Source: Octopus vulgaris (lineage: Eukaryota). From it: a DNA stretch of 64,000 nt. Shown here one piece after another: positions 15,224 to 27,908 of this stretch. Position 1 is the first letter of the stretch. The number at the start of each line of letters is the position of its first letter. A model generated the notes under the pieces. That model was not told where the DNA came from and did not search any database. It saw only the letters and a program-made list of their open reading frames with translations. The position numbers and the translations under genes were made by a program. The stretch lies in contig OX597833.1 in assembly GCA_951406725.2 (NCBI GenBank), positions 67,332,001 through 67,396,000 of the forward strand. Direction: 5' to 3'.

Positions 15224-16228
15224 CATGCACAGAATAGACACACACACACACACACACGCACACAGATATATACCTTGTGTATGTGAATGCGATTCCTTAG
15301 TGTTTGTCTCTTACAGACGGAGAAACATATATTCCGAATGGCCAATATTATGACTGATAAATATATATGAAGGTAACTTTATAAGATAGTAAAACAATTA
15401 TTGTAGACATCAGTTAAAATCAAAATGTTTCTCTAAAGTCATTACACTTTTTTTATGGCATATAATACCATATTTCACTTTATGGCAGCACCTTCCTATT
15501 CATGAAATATCCAACAAACAGTGGACTTATACAAAGTATTTTGTGTTTTTATGAATTTCAGGAATAGCGAAAATTTTCTGCACGCTATTATTATGCTACG
15601 GAGTTTATTTTGTCAGTTAATATAAGAAGAGAATATATTAAAAGATTTATATTACCGAACAAATTGTATGGTAGTGTTTTGTTTCGCATGCAACGTGATA
15701 GTTTTGAGGAGGTATAAAACGATGTGAGAAGCAACGGGGAGTCTTTGAATCCGTAACGTATTTACTAGAAAATTTATATCTATGTTTCATGATTTATATA
15801 AGTAGACATTAGAATGTAACTTTATGATACGAAACGTGTTTTCTGTTCGAGGTTTCAAGGAGGAATGGTGGTTGCGGTGGACCGAATAAAATTTGGTAAA
15901 TATATATATATGTATGTATGCTAATATCGAACAGCGAGAAAGAGTGTTCAACGTCGCATTGGTTGATAAATATTGCTTATTTGTAGCGTAAAAATTCTAC
16001 CATTGTTTTTGTACCCCAAATTCCCCAGAAATTATGAAGTCTGGCACATTAGATCGTTGGTATTCGTCTCTATCTTGGAACAAAATACAACAAAGCTACC
16101 AGAGTCTGCAACATTTTGGATTAATCAAATAAATATACAGATCGGCGGAAACACACACACATACACATATATCTATATGGAAAAAATTCAAGGTAGAAAA
16201 TGCTAAAATAATTTTATAAAAAACCTTT

Positions 16229-16264
16229 CAGTTCCGGTTTCGGTCATTGAGACTTTTTCAACTG
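16229..16264 (-). ncRNA. Degenerate hammerhead-like motif (U3-A8 core) in a PLE pLTR relic
   Basis: CAG-TTGAAAA-aGTC tcaat GACc-GAAA-CCGGAA-CTG. The cleavage-site U appears mutated. Confidence 0.5.
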
Positions 16265-16772
16265 TAAATATGGAAAACAATTAAATTTGGGAAGAATTAA
16301 ATGAAAAGTATTTTAAAAGAATATTTGCATTGTATTCAACTGTTTCTGTCTGTCTCGGTCTCTCTTCTTTAGATATGCGGGCGTATGCGCATGTGTGTGT
16401 TAGTAGAATTTAGACAAAAGAACATCTGTATGCGTATATAATTGTTTTCAAATTAGGGATGTTGTTAAAAAAGCATAAAGATGCCACTTAGATATAGAAA
16501 GCTGAAACACGGATGCTGGGACTTATGGTAGCAGTAACTGTGAGCAACACAACAGAAGTTTTGTTTCGTTCTCAATCTACAGCAGAAACTAAGGGTAAAT
16601 GCGTAAGAATTCATATACACACTGATGCACTTACATACAAAGCGTGATTCTAAATGCGCACTCACAAATATCTCAGGAAGAATTGTACGTAAATCAATGA
16701 TTATTATTCTCTCACATACGATAAGTATATATTTGTGTGTGTGCGTCTGTGTATATTTGTAGTTATATATAT

Positions 16773-16825
<53 letters not shown>

Positions 16826-16974
16826 CATGCACGGATATATTCACACACATACACGCATATATATATATGTACATATACATATATAAGCTTTTAAGTGTAC
16901 AAAGAATGTGCATCTTTATTGACACACACACGCATATTTATATATGCTTATATATGCACCAATATACGCAAGTA

Positions 16975-17016
<42 letters not shown>

Positions 17017-17820
17017 AAGGAGGGAGAGACGAGTTGTGTGGATTTAGGTATATAGATATAAAATGTACAAATGCCTATGTAAACATAGATAAATATAAAA
17101 AAAATTAAAAAGAGAGACATTTAAAACCGGACCAGGAAAAAAAAAATATAGCAAAACAAAAGCAAAGATAAAAGCGATACTTTGCCTAATTAACCATATT
17201 TGAAAGTTCGAAAAGTGTTTGAAAATCGATTGCTGTCATTACAAGCGAAGATTTCAAAGGGAAATCTAAATGCTATGAATAATATTCTTTGGTACGAGCG
17301 TCTAGTTCCATTCATGGAATTTAGCTTTGGGATATGTCATCTTTGTGCGAGAATAGATTATCTTCTTTCTGTAGATAAATGGTAAGTTAAATTGGAATAT
17401 GATAAATGGTAAGTTAAATTGGAATATTACACTGAGATTCCAATTACTCAGTATGGAATATCTGAGATTTTGAATGGAAGAAAGAAAATGTTTATTGGGT
17501 TGGACAATATTGTATCTGAGTCGATTGTATGGAAGTAGAATCATGTGTGTGTCTGTGTATATGTGTGTATATATATATGCGTGTGGTTGAGTGCAGTTTT
17601 CCGTATGTGTCTCTGTGTGCGTATGTATATCTGTATGTATATGTGTTTCTAAATATGATGTGAGTTCGTTGCTTTCTCGCAGATGTATTTCTCCCTTTAA
17701 AGAAAGAACCAATCTGTAACGAAACCACAACATTGAATTGTTGTTGAAATCCAATAAGAACAATGGCGAACAGTTATAGAATGAACAAATTTTCACGGTG
17801 TATTTAAATATAAATACATA

Positions 17821-18237
17821 GGCGCAGGAGTGGCTGTGTGGTAAGTAGCTTGCTTACCAACCACATGGTTCCGGGTTCAGTCCCACTGCGTGGCATCTTG
17901 GGCAGGTGTCTTCTGCTATAGCCTCGGGCCGACCAAAGCCTTGTGAGTGGATTTGGTAGACGGGAACTGAAAGAAGCTTGTCGTATATATGTATATATAT
18001 ATATGTATGTGTGTGTATGTTTGTGTGTCTGTGTTTGTCCACCTAGCATTGCTCGACAACCGATGCTGGTGTGTTTACGTCCGCGTCACTTAGCGGTTCG
18101 GCAAAAGAGGGACCGATAGAATAAGTACTGGGCTTACAAAGAATAAGTCCCTGGGGTCGATTTGCTCGACTAAAGGCAGTGCTCCAGCATGGCCGCAGTC
18201 AAATGACTGAAACAAGTAAAAGAGAAAAGAGAAAGAG
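17821..18237 (+). mobile_element. SINE family A, full length
   Basis: Direct match to 8922-9346. Confidence 0.9.
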
Positions 18238-19763
18238 AATGTACTCCCACGCGGTGTATTTAGATATAAGTACGCACGCACTTCTCTACAGTGTATTTAG
18301 ATACAAACAGACAGACAGACACTCCTCCGCACATGCGTATATGCCAGGTTAGACCTCAGCTCAACTTCACAGTTGTTTCCCTTGCCACTCACGCTTCAAG
18401 TGCCCCCTTCCACGCTTTTCTAAACGAACTAAACAATCAGACAATCATTTCACATCAAAGCGGCAACAAATAATAACAAGAGGACGCACAGAGCGCAAAC
18501 CTCCGCCAAGTGAACACCAACGGCCTCTCAACGATTCAAGAAATAAACGCATTTTGCGTGAGGGGGCCAGTCGATTAAACCGACTCTTTTCCTCCACTGG
18601 TATTTCATCACACCGCCAAAGAATGAAAAATGGCATCAACTTTGGTAGAATTTAAACCAACACGGACGAAATGTCGCTAGGCATTTTGTCTGGCGTTCTA
18701 ACATCAAAGCGACAACAGATAATAACAAGAGGACACAGAGAGCGCAAACCTCCGCCAAGGCAACACTAACGGCCTCTCAACGATTAGCCAGACATGATTT
18801 TTAAACTCTACTGAAATAAACTCGACTGCTCTCACAAACGAGAATACTAAAAACGAAACCGACCCCTCTCAAAAATTAATAAAAAAACAGAAAAAAAAAT
18901 TATCCAGTATCCTTGTCTTGTACCGTATTGATCCCAAAATATAATGGCAATTTCTTGGGAGGTACTAAATCGATTACATCGAACTCTATGATCAATTGGT
19001 ACTTATTTTATCAAAACCCGGCGAATCAAAAGCAAAGTCGACCTCGGCAGAATTCAAATTCAGATCTTAAAAACGGACGAAATGCCGCTAAGTAGACATT
19101 CAGCCAGCTCGCCGCCTTAGAGAACTAATATTTGAAATTTTGATTCAAGCCCTGCCAGTTCGAAGGAGGGGTCTAAGTCGATTACTGATGTACCCCAGTG
19201 TTCAACTTTTACTTATTTGCTATGACTCATTGAGGATGAAGTCGAAGTCGACCCCACCTTAAACAAATATTAATAAAATGAATATATTGATACCATCACC
19301 TTACCAAACTGACACTTCAATACACATATACGGAATTTTGCAAGTGAAAAATATTTTGAATATCACAGGAAAATACACACGGATTTATAGCCACCGGTTT
19401 AGTTGTTTGTAGTAAATTGACAACTGTGAGTCCCAAGACGTTAATATGAACTTCTATTTCTTTTATCAATGGTTGAACGACGCAGATTGTGGGTTGGAGT
19501 TGCAGTGAATTTATATGATACTAAGCACAATGAATATAATAATATTAATCTTACCGATATTCTACAGAGTTTCAGCCAAAAAAGATATGATTCCCATTGG
19601 CTGTGCGAGAGGAATTATAAATGGGACATATTTGAAGTTATCAGGCTGAGATATAAGTTTAACGCGACGATTTTCATAGTAATATTCGAATATGTTAAAG
19701 CCGGTGTGTTGTCTGAATATGTGCATGTGTTTGCATATATGTGTATGCTCATACACACACACA

Positions 19764-19804
<41 letters not shown>

Positions 19805-19865
19805 GTATATATATATATTTATATTTATATATTTATATATTGTAGACAGATGTATGTATGTATGC

Positions 19866-19931
<66 letters not shown>

Positions 19932-20567
19932 ATATCTATCTACCTATCTCTCTCACTCTCTCTCTATATCTATCTATCTATCTACCTATCTATATATATG
20001 TGTGTGTGTGTAAGAGATTATATGAAAGGCTAGGGAACAAGAAATTTTGTAATAGACTTCATTAGCTCACAGCTGTTTCTGCTGTTTGATTCAATGTACT
20101 CATAGTTGAGCGCATTACTTTACCTGATACCTTCGACGGAGCATCAAAAGTTAAACGCCTTTTTATTTGGGGAAGTCTTTACATGTAATAAGAAACATCT
20201 CCAAAATGTAGAATCAATCTTGAAGGGAGAAAGCTATCCACAGAAGTATGGAGATTTAATTAATTTTTGTGTATATATGTGAATACAGCTTAGCATACAA
20301 TAACAGGTTTCTATTAAATAATGTATGCACTGAAAAATTTGTATTTCTTTGAGATCTACATCTTCCATGTCAGCGAAGCGATCTACTAAACCGTTCAGCT
20401 GAATCACAGGTTATGTTCGCGACATAAGTATGCTGCCATTTTGGAGTCTTGTAAAAGCGATGTCATAATTATATGGTTACGAGTAACTGGAAAACGAATA
20501 TTCACCGTTTACTTTACTTATAACGTTCAAGGAACTTTCAAACATGTTAAGAACACCCCACCCTGTT

Positions 20568-20955
20568 CTTCTTTTTCTTTTTCTTCTTCTTCTTCTTCTT
20601 CTTCTTCTTCTTCTTCTTCTTCTTCTTCTTCTTCTTCTTCTTCTCCTTCTCCTTCTTCTTCTTCTTCTTCTTCTTCTTCTTCTTCTCCTTCTTCTTCTCC
20701 TTCTTCTTCTTCTTCTTCTTCTTCTTCTTCTTCTTCTTCTGCTTCTTCTTCCTCCTCTTCTTCTTCGTTTCCTTTTTGTACTTCCTCCTCCTCCACCTCC
20801 TCTTCTTCTTGTTTTCCCCTTATTTTTCCTCCTCTTCTTCTTCTTCTTCTTCTTCTTCTTCTTGTGTTTCCTCTTCTTCTTCCTCCCCCCTTCTTCTTTT
20901 TGTTGTGTTTCCCCTTCTTCTTCCTCTTCCTCCTCTTCATCTTTTTCTTCTTCTT
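20568..20955. repeat. (CTT)n tract (also (CTTT)n 43290-43630; (CTA/CTG)n + (GAA)n 52567-52899)
   Basis: Direct reading. Confidence 0.95.
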
Positions 20956-22104
20956 CCCTGCCAGAAAGATATTTCTTTATTGGAATGACCTCCAAAATAA
21001 GTAATTTAAAACAGAATATTCAAACGAAAGTTGATATAGTTTCTTTTTTTATTGTGTGTGTGTTTGTGTGTCTGTGTGTGGTTCTTGACAACATCATCTT
21101 ACACAGACCAGCGGTTTGTGCAGCCATATCTAAGTGACAAAAGGAAACGTGGAAAAAAAAATAATTAGTATTTATACCCTTTGCGATCTGGAGTCAAGTG
21201 AATGACATACCATTGTCAGTTGTATATCTGACAGATATCAAATAATTTGATATTTTAGCCGAATTTCCTTCTAAATTCCAAAACGATTTCGTGAAGTGAA
21301 GCATGCAAATTTAATTGCCAAATACGGTAGAAGCACAACAAAGCGATTGCAGTTGATGCGAGCTCGTGACAAAAGAATCGGTTAATTATTTGGTCTGTTT
21401 TATATCACAATTTGTGAAACATAACAACGTGGGTCACGACGTTAAAGCATGTATGAAAGACGAAGATTTCATTCGAAGCAAACCGGATTTTAGCCGACAT
21501 TTTCATCTTTCGTTGTCATAGAAGTTCACCGCAAAAGACATAGATACACACACACACACATGTATATATATATTACACACACACATGTATATATATATAT
21601 ATATACATGTGTGTTTGTGTGTGTGTGTATTTATGTCTTTTGCGGTGTACTTCTATGGTTTTGCAAAAAATCATAAGCTAAAAGATATATATATCTTTTA
21701 GCTTTTTCTTTTATATGTTGCAGTCATTTGACAGCGCCTATGATTTTTTGCAAAACCACGTAGGTAAATGTACATTAACACAGCGATACGGGTTGCGAAG
21801 TGGTGGTGGGGAGAGATACATGGGCATACACACATGCACACACCAACAAACGCACACACATATAGTAGGGCTTCTTTCAGTTTCTGTCTATGAAGTCCAC
21901 TCCCAGGGCTGTGGTTAGTCCGACGCTATAATAGAAGACTTCTGCCCGAGGTGTTCCCTGCAGTGGCACGCCGCCCAGAACCGTGCGGCTGGGAATCAAA
22001 TTTCTTATTGCACATGAGTGCCATCGCTTGTATGTATGTATGTATGTATGTATGTATGTATGTATGTATGTATGTATGTATGTATGTACGTATGTATGTA
22101 TGAC

Positions 22105-22365
22105 ACAAGAAAGGATGACCGACAATTTGCATGATCACATCACCCCCAACATTTGGTCTCCTACTTGTCCAGATCTCAATCCCCTAGACTTACTATATAT
22201 GGAGCATCGTTGAGAAAAAATCTCAATGAACACCCCTATAGAACCAAAGGTTATTTGAAATCGGCCATAGTTCGAGTCATGTCCGATATAACCAAGGGAC
22301 ACTTAATCCGATTTCGATCCCGCGTGGAGGCAGTTAGTGATGCTTATGGTTGTTTTATTGAATAA
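22105..22365 (+). pseudogene. Tc1/mariner-superfamily transposase C-terminal relic (frameshifted)
   Basis: ITPNIWSPTCPDLNPLD (WPxxSPDLNP motif), then ..NEHPYRTKGYLKSAIVRVM..FRSRVEAV..GCFIE in the next frame. Confidence 0.85.
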
Positions 22366-22392
22366 AATTTTCAAATTGATAATTTAGCTTTA

Positions 22393-22692
22393 TGTCGTTG
22401 TTTGTTCCTTCTCGAGCCATGCCTGGCTTATAAGGGGCAGTTTCTCGGTTTCATTGGCGTATAGGTTCCCCACCTGGACGGGACACCGGTCCATCACAGG
22501 TGATCTGTTATTGCAGGAGGAAAGAGTGAGAGAAAGTTGCGGCGAAAGAGTTAGCAGAAGTTCGCCATTACCATCTGCCAGAGCCGCGTGGAGCTTAAGG
22601 TTTTCGCTCATAAACAGACACACCGCCCGGTTTGAGCTTCGAAACCGCGATCCCGAGTCCGCTGCTTTAACCACTAGGCCATGTGCTTCCAC
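22393..22692 (-). mobile_element. SINE family C, tail type 2
   Basis: Matches 33711-34020, with TSD TAATTTAG(C/T)TTTA. Confidence 0.85.
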
Positions 22693-24665
22693 TAATTTAG
22701 TTTTAGGTTTATATTATTTTTATTAAAATAGTTTTACTGCTATTATATAAGCGTTTTTAAAAACCTTAAATCTGACCTCAAATATCATCCGCATCCTATA
22801 TATTGAGCAAATCTCGAATTGTCTTTCTGTACGTAAAGTAAAAATATCTTCTATTTTAGGCACATTGGAGTGGAGGGAAGGGTTAGTCAAGCGCATCGAC
22901 TCTACTGTTCACATGGAACTTATTTTATTGACTTCGACTATTTGAATGGCAAAGTCGATCTCGGAACAAAAGACGGACCAAATGATCTAAGCTCTTTATC
23001 CATCGTGCTTACGATTCTACCAGCTCGCCGGTTCCGTCTCTAAAGTAATATACATTTCTGATGGCGGCACGAAGTCTGCCATTTTGAAGGAAGGGAAATT
23101 AGTCTATAATATCTACGTCTGTACTTTGATCTGCATTGTATTTTATCGATCTGAAAAGAATGAAAATTGAAGTTACTCTCGCCTGAAGCCAGTCGCATAT
23201 GTATATATGTGTATATATCCATGTATGTCTCCCTCTCTTTGGATATGTGTGTGTCCCCCACAACCGCTTGACAACCGGTGATGGTGTCTTTATCTACTCG
23301 TAACATTAGTGGTTCGTTCTAACTGACCATTAGAATGAATATCAAGCTTAAAAATAAAGAACTGGGATCGATACTTATTTGATAAAACACTTCAAGGTGG
23401 TACCCCAGCATGGCTGCAGTCCAGTGACTGAAACAAGTAATCGGTAAACGATACATAGATATAATTTCGACCACATACACATATTTACCAACACTCAAGC
23501 GATAGTGCAGCCCGGCAAGGAGGCGGCTAGTGGATGACATCGACCCCATGGCTTGACTGGCATGTATTTCATCGACCCCAAATTGAATGGAAAGTTAATT
23601 TGAGCTCAGCGGAATTTTAAATGAAGAACGTAAAACGATGCAATAGAACGGCAAAGAATTCTTCTACGCTCTAACGTTTCTACCATGCCGCCATCATTGT
23701 TTAAATTATTTATAATAACTTCAAATGAACTGTATACAAACGTGAATGTCTATTGTTATCTGTTAAAAGCAGGTGTTTACTTACTGCAGTTTTCACTATT
23801 TCATCCATTAGTTTTGATATCTTTTAAACAACTACAACTCTGTCATGGCTTCACTTTTCATAAAAAGGGTAATTAACTTTCTTCTTGCTTTTGTTATTGA
23901 AGACAACGAGCACACATGAACATACGGAGAGGGCAAAAAGCAGAGAAATAAATAGATTGTAATAAGTATTATAAGAAAAGAAATACGAACAAAAAAAAAA
24001 CACAGAAAGAAACAGTGAAACTAATGTAATTTGTCACGCATCCTGTCGGTTATGTGATGTCGTTATATTTTACTTATGTATTCTGGTAATAATTATTTAA
24101 CACAAGTCAGCACTAAAAGGATTTAATGTTTTATGTGATAGGATTTTTCAGAAAATACACAGAAGGGAGTTAAACTGGTGCAACAACATATCGGGGAAAT
24201 AAAAGAAAGAAATAACAGAAAGAGAGAAAAAAAAACAAAAAACCCCACAGAAATAACTAAAACAGGAAAATAAAATAAAAATACATAAACAAACAGAAAC
24301 ATATAGTGCAATTTCAGAACACAGGGAATTACTGAATGGATTATGAAAAGGGAATTGTCTGCTAAGCATAATTGCAAAAATGCAGAACCAGTACTAAGTG
24401 CATAATACTAAGCGGCTTTCTGCATTGTAATATTGAATCGGTTCTATTTATAGAAATACGTTTTGCGCATATGAATAATTGAACGCTGTTTTACAACGAC
24501 CGTGATTCTATCGCAAACTTCTTTATATATTGGACCGTAGATATTTAACCTATGTGCAGGAAGAATGTGCTGCATACTGTTCCTGCTACTGTGTTCTAAA
24601 AGCACACTGTTGTAATAAGTGTATAGCATCTTCGAAGAAAGAATGCAATTGCTGGCTGTTGCTTG

Positions 24666-25040
24666 CTGTTGAGCGAAGCCGGCTTCGTCCCAGAGCTCGC
24701 AGGATGGGAGAAGTCCGAATCGTGGTCCTTTTGCTATTCGTAAGACCCGCAGAAGAGAAAGCAGGTCAACCTCCGACACCGAGAGCATCGACGGATGGAT
24801 GAGTGCGCATCCAGGCACAACGGTTGAGTAGGGAGTCAGGGACAAGAAACAGGAAGAAGGAGTGAGAGAAATTTGGGACGAAAGAGTACAACAGGGGTCG
24901 CTACCACCCCCTGCCGGAGCCTCGTGGAGCTTTAGGTGTTTTCGCTCAATATACACACACAATGCCCGGTCTGGGAATCGAAACCGCGATCTTCCCATCG
25001 CGACTCTGCTGCCCTAACCACTGGGCCATTGTACCTCCAC
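24666..25040 (-). mobile_element. SINE family C, tail type 1
   Basis: Reverse-complement match to the 34810 copy, with flanking duplication GCTGTTGCTTG. Confidence 0.85.
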
Positions 25041-25398
25041 TGCTGTTGCTTGTGTCAGGAAATTAAGCGTAATAAACCTAAAGTTAGGTCTGTCATAAGA
25101 GCCAGGACACGGAACGACTGAGCTAAAGATGATTTCCAAGGCGTCTAAGTGACTGAAGTGGAATAACATCCCCCAATCTTCCTGGATTGGACGGCAGTCA
25201 CTTTAGAGTCCACTGATTGGAACACCGTGAAATGAACTGTTATACTCAAAATATGAAGAAAAAGCAACGCACAACTTTGTATAGGAATACGAAACCATTG
25301 TCTTTTGATTGAAGGAACAGTAACGTGACCACTAGGCCACACGCATTTAATAATGAAATAGTAAGTAAATAAATGTGATATAACAAAAGATCATTCTT

Positions 25399-25637
25399 TA
25401 CATCATTTACATTTGATGAATATTTGTCCACATCTTGTTTGCTGTAAACACAATGTTTCGGCTGATATATCCTCCAGCCCTCATCAGATGTCTTGGGGAA
25501 ATTGGGAAAATTTCGAACCTGTGTTCTTTTTCCTAAGATATTTTTCCATGTTATTATTATTATTCAGGTCACTGCCTAGATTCGAACTCAGAATCTTGGG
25601 GTTTAGTAGCTTGCGCTCTTAACCACTACGCCATATG
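25399..25637 (-). mobile_element. tRNA-headed short element (SINE-like) carrying a hammerhead ribozyme
   Basis: The minus strand has A box TGGCGTAGTGG and B box GTTCGAATC (25587-25579), followed ~90 nt later by a hammerhead fold. Confidence 0.75.
25447..25492 (-). ncRNA. Type I hammerhead ribozyme motif, canonical CUGAUGA core
   Basis: GACAT-CTGATGA-g GGCTG gaggatatat CAGCC-GAAA-CAT-T-GTGTT. Stem III is minimal and imperfect (AACATT versus palindromic AACGTT). Confidence 0.75.
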
Positions 25638-25915
25638 TTAAAATAATATAAGGGATATATATTTTGGAAGCAGGTTTAAATGATTGTTCTATTAAGAAAT
25701 ACATGGTAAAGAACCAAATAACACCCGGTTCTTCACGTTTATCATGATATTCAATCAGTTTTCTTAATTTACGAAGTAATTGGATCTCGATGCGAAACAG
25801 GTTGTTCGAAAATAGCTTATTACTGGTTTATAAAATGGTGATTTTTTTGTAATTTAATACACATATATAAATGGACACACCCACACATTCTCACACTCAT
25901 TACATATTTTTGTGT

Positions 25916-26049
<134 letters not shown>

Positions 26050-26571
26050 CATAAATAAGGGCAAACGAATTGTTTATAGATTTAACCTTTAAAGGTATTT
26101 TTTGATATGCTGGCCATTGATAACATTTTTGGGGGAAAAGAATTTTTTTCGAAAAAATATTTTATCCTTCATTAGATATATATATATATATATATATACA
26201 TACATGTGTAACATCTTCCTTTTTTCCGTCTTTGTTTTGTATACATTCGAAGCTTTCTTCCAAGGAATCAAATGCACTTAGCTTAGATTTTCCTTGGTGC
26301 TGGCCAGATTGGAACAATCTCAAGATTAATCAGCCTAAATTGCGACGATTATCCGGTTCTTGATTGAAGATTGAAGGCTTCGAATGTCCCGTCCGTGTTT
26401 TTCGTATCGTCTTCTAAATGTTTTGCGTTCTCGTCCCAGTTTGTATTTTTTTACATATATATATATATAAACTTAATCCAAACAAGAAAACACAAAAAAA
26501 AACACAGCAACGCGAGGACGTGGAACAAATAAAGTATTATTGGACGCTCAGGAAAGAAGGGAAGAAGGAGG

Positions 26572-26606
26572 GTTTAACGTTTCGAGCGGAGCTCTTCGTC
26601 GGAAAC
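26572..26606 (-). ncRNA. Hammerhead-like motif (CCGACGA core) in a pLTR-like relic between (TA)n runs
   Basis: GTTT-CCGACGA-a GAGC tcc GCTC-GAAA-CGT-T-AAAC. Confidence 0.6.
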
Positions 26607-26644
26607 AAATGAGAAGGAAAGATCCCGAGAAGGGAAGACAGAGG

Positions 26645-26690
<46 letters not shown>

Positions 26691-26742
26691 AAGAAAAATA
26701 AGTTGGCTAGCAGCCAAAGATCCCGAGAAGGGAAGACAGAGG

Positions 26743-26786
<44 letters not shown>

Positions 26787-27482
26787 TCACATATTTCACC
26801 AATAATGTACTGGGGTCTTGTACCAGAATTTGAAACCAACGATTTTGTAAGCTTCGATCGTCGAGCGGCTAAACTTTATCTTCATTAAGACAGACTTTCC
26901 ATCATTCGATTTCGTTACGAGAGCAGTTATCAATTATATCGTCTAATATTTATTTGTACATTATGTTTCGTGGCATTAATAACATATGTAACGTATTTTT
27001 GAGGACATTTGCATCGTTTTTACTACAAAGAGTTGTTGTCTATAATTATGTATGCAGCATATAATCTGTTTGATTATTGGCAGACCAGATAAGATAGAAC
27101 TACCACACACAGAGAAAACACTAACAACAGCAGTGAGCACCAGCAATGTCAACAACTACAACTAATACTGCTACCGATACTACTACTACTACAACAACAA
27201 GAACATCAACAAGCACTACTGCTGCTGCTGCTACTACTACTAATACTACTACTACTATTGAAGATGATGTTGATGCTAATGTTAATAATAATAATAATAA
27301 TACAAATAATCATAATGATAATAGTAATACTGTCAAAAATAACAATCCTTTCTACTAACAACAATATCGGGAGGGGTGGGGGCTGGTCAGTTACATCGAC
27401 TCCCGATCCTGAAGTGTTCAACTGGTGGTTAACTTATCGATTCCGAAAGGATGAAAGGCAAAGTCGAATAATAATAATAATA

Positions 27483-27558
<76 letters not shown>

Positions 27559-27596
27559 TAATAATAATAATAATAATAGTAATAATAATAATAATA

Positions 27597-27627
<31 letters not shown>

Positions 27628-27632
27628 TGATG

Positions 27633-27684
<52 letters not shown>

Positions 27685-27858
27685 TGATAATAATAATAAT
27701 AATAATAACAATAATAATAAAAATGATAATAATGATGATAATAATAATTAAAACAATAATAATAATAACAATAATAATAAAAATGATAATAATGATGATA
27801 ATAATAATTAAAACAATAATAATAATAACAATAATAATGATAATAATAATAATAACAA

Positions 27859-27908
<50 letters not shown>

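Noticed and set aside
25560-25637. Functional tRNA gene (likewise the heads of SINEs A-D)
   Set aside because: A/B boxes are present, but there is no complete cloverleaf or acceptor stem and the sequence continues into repeat bodies.
27146-27358. Thr/Asn-rich 70-aa ORF as an exon
   Set aside because: It grades directly into (ACT)/(AAT) microsatellite with no convincing splice signals.
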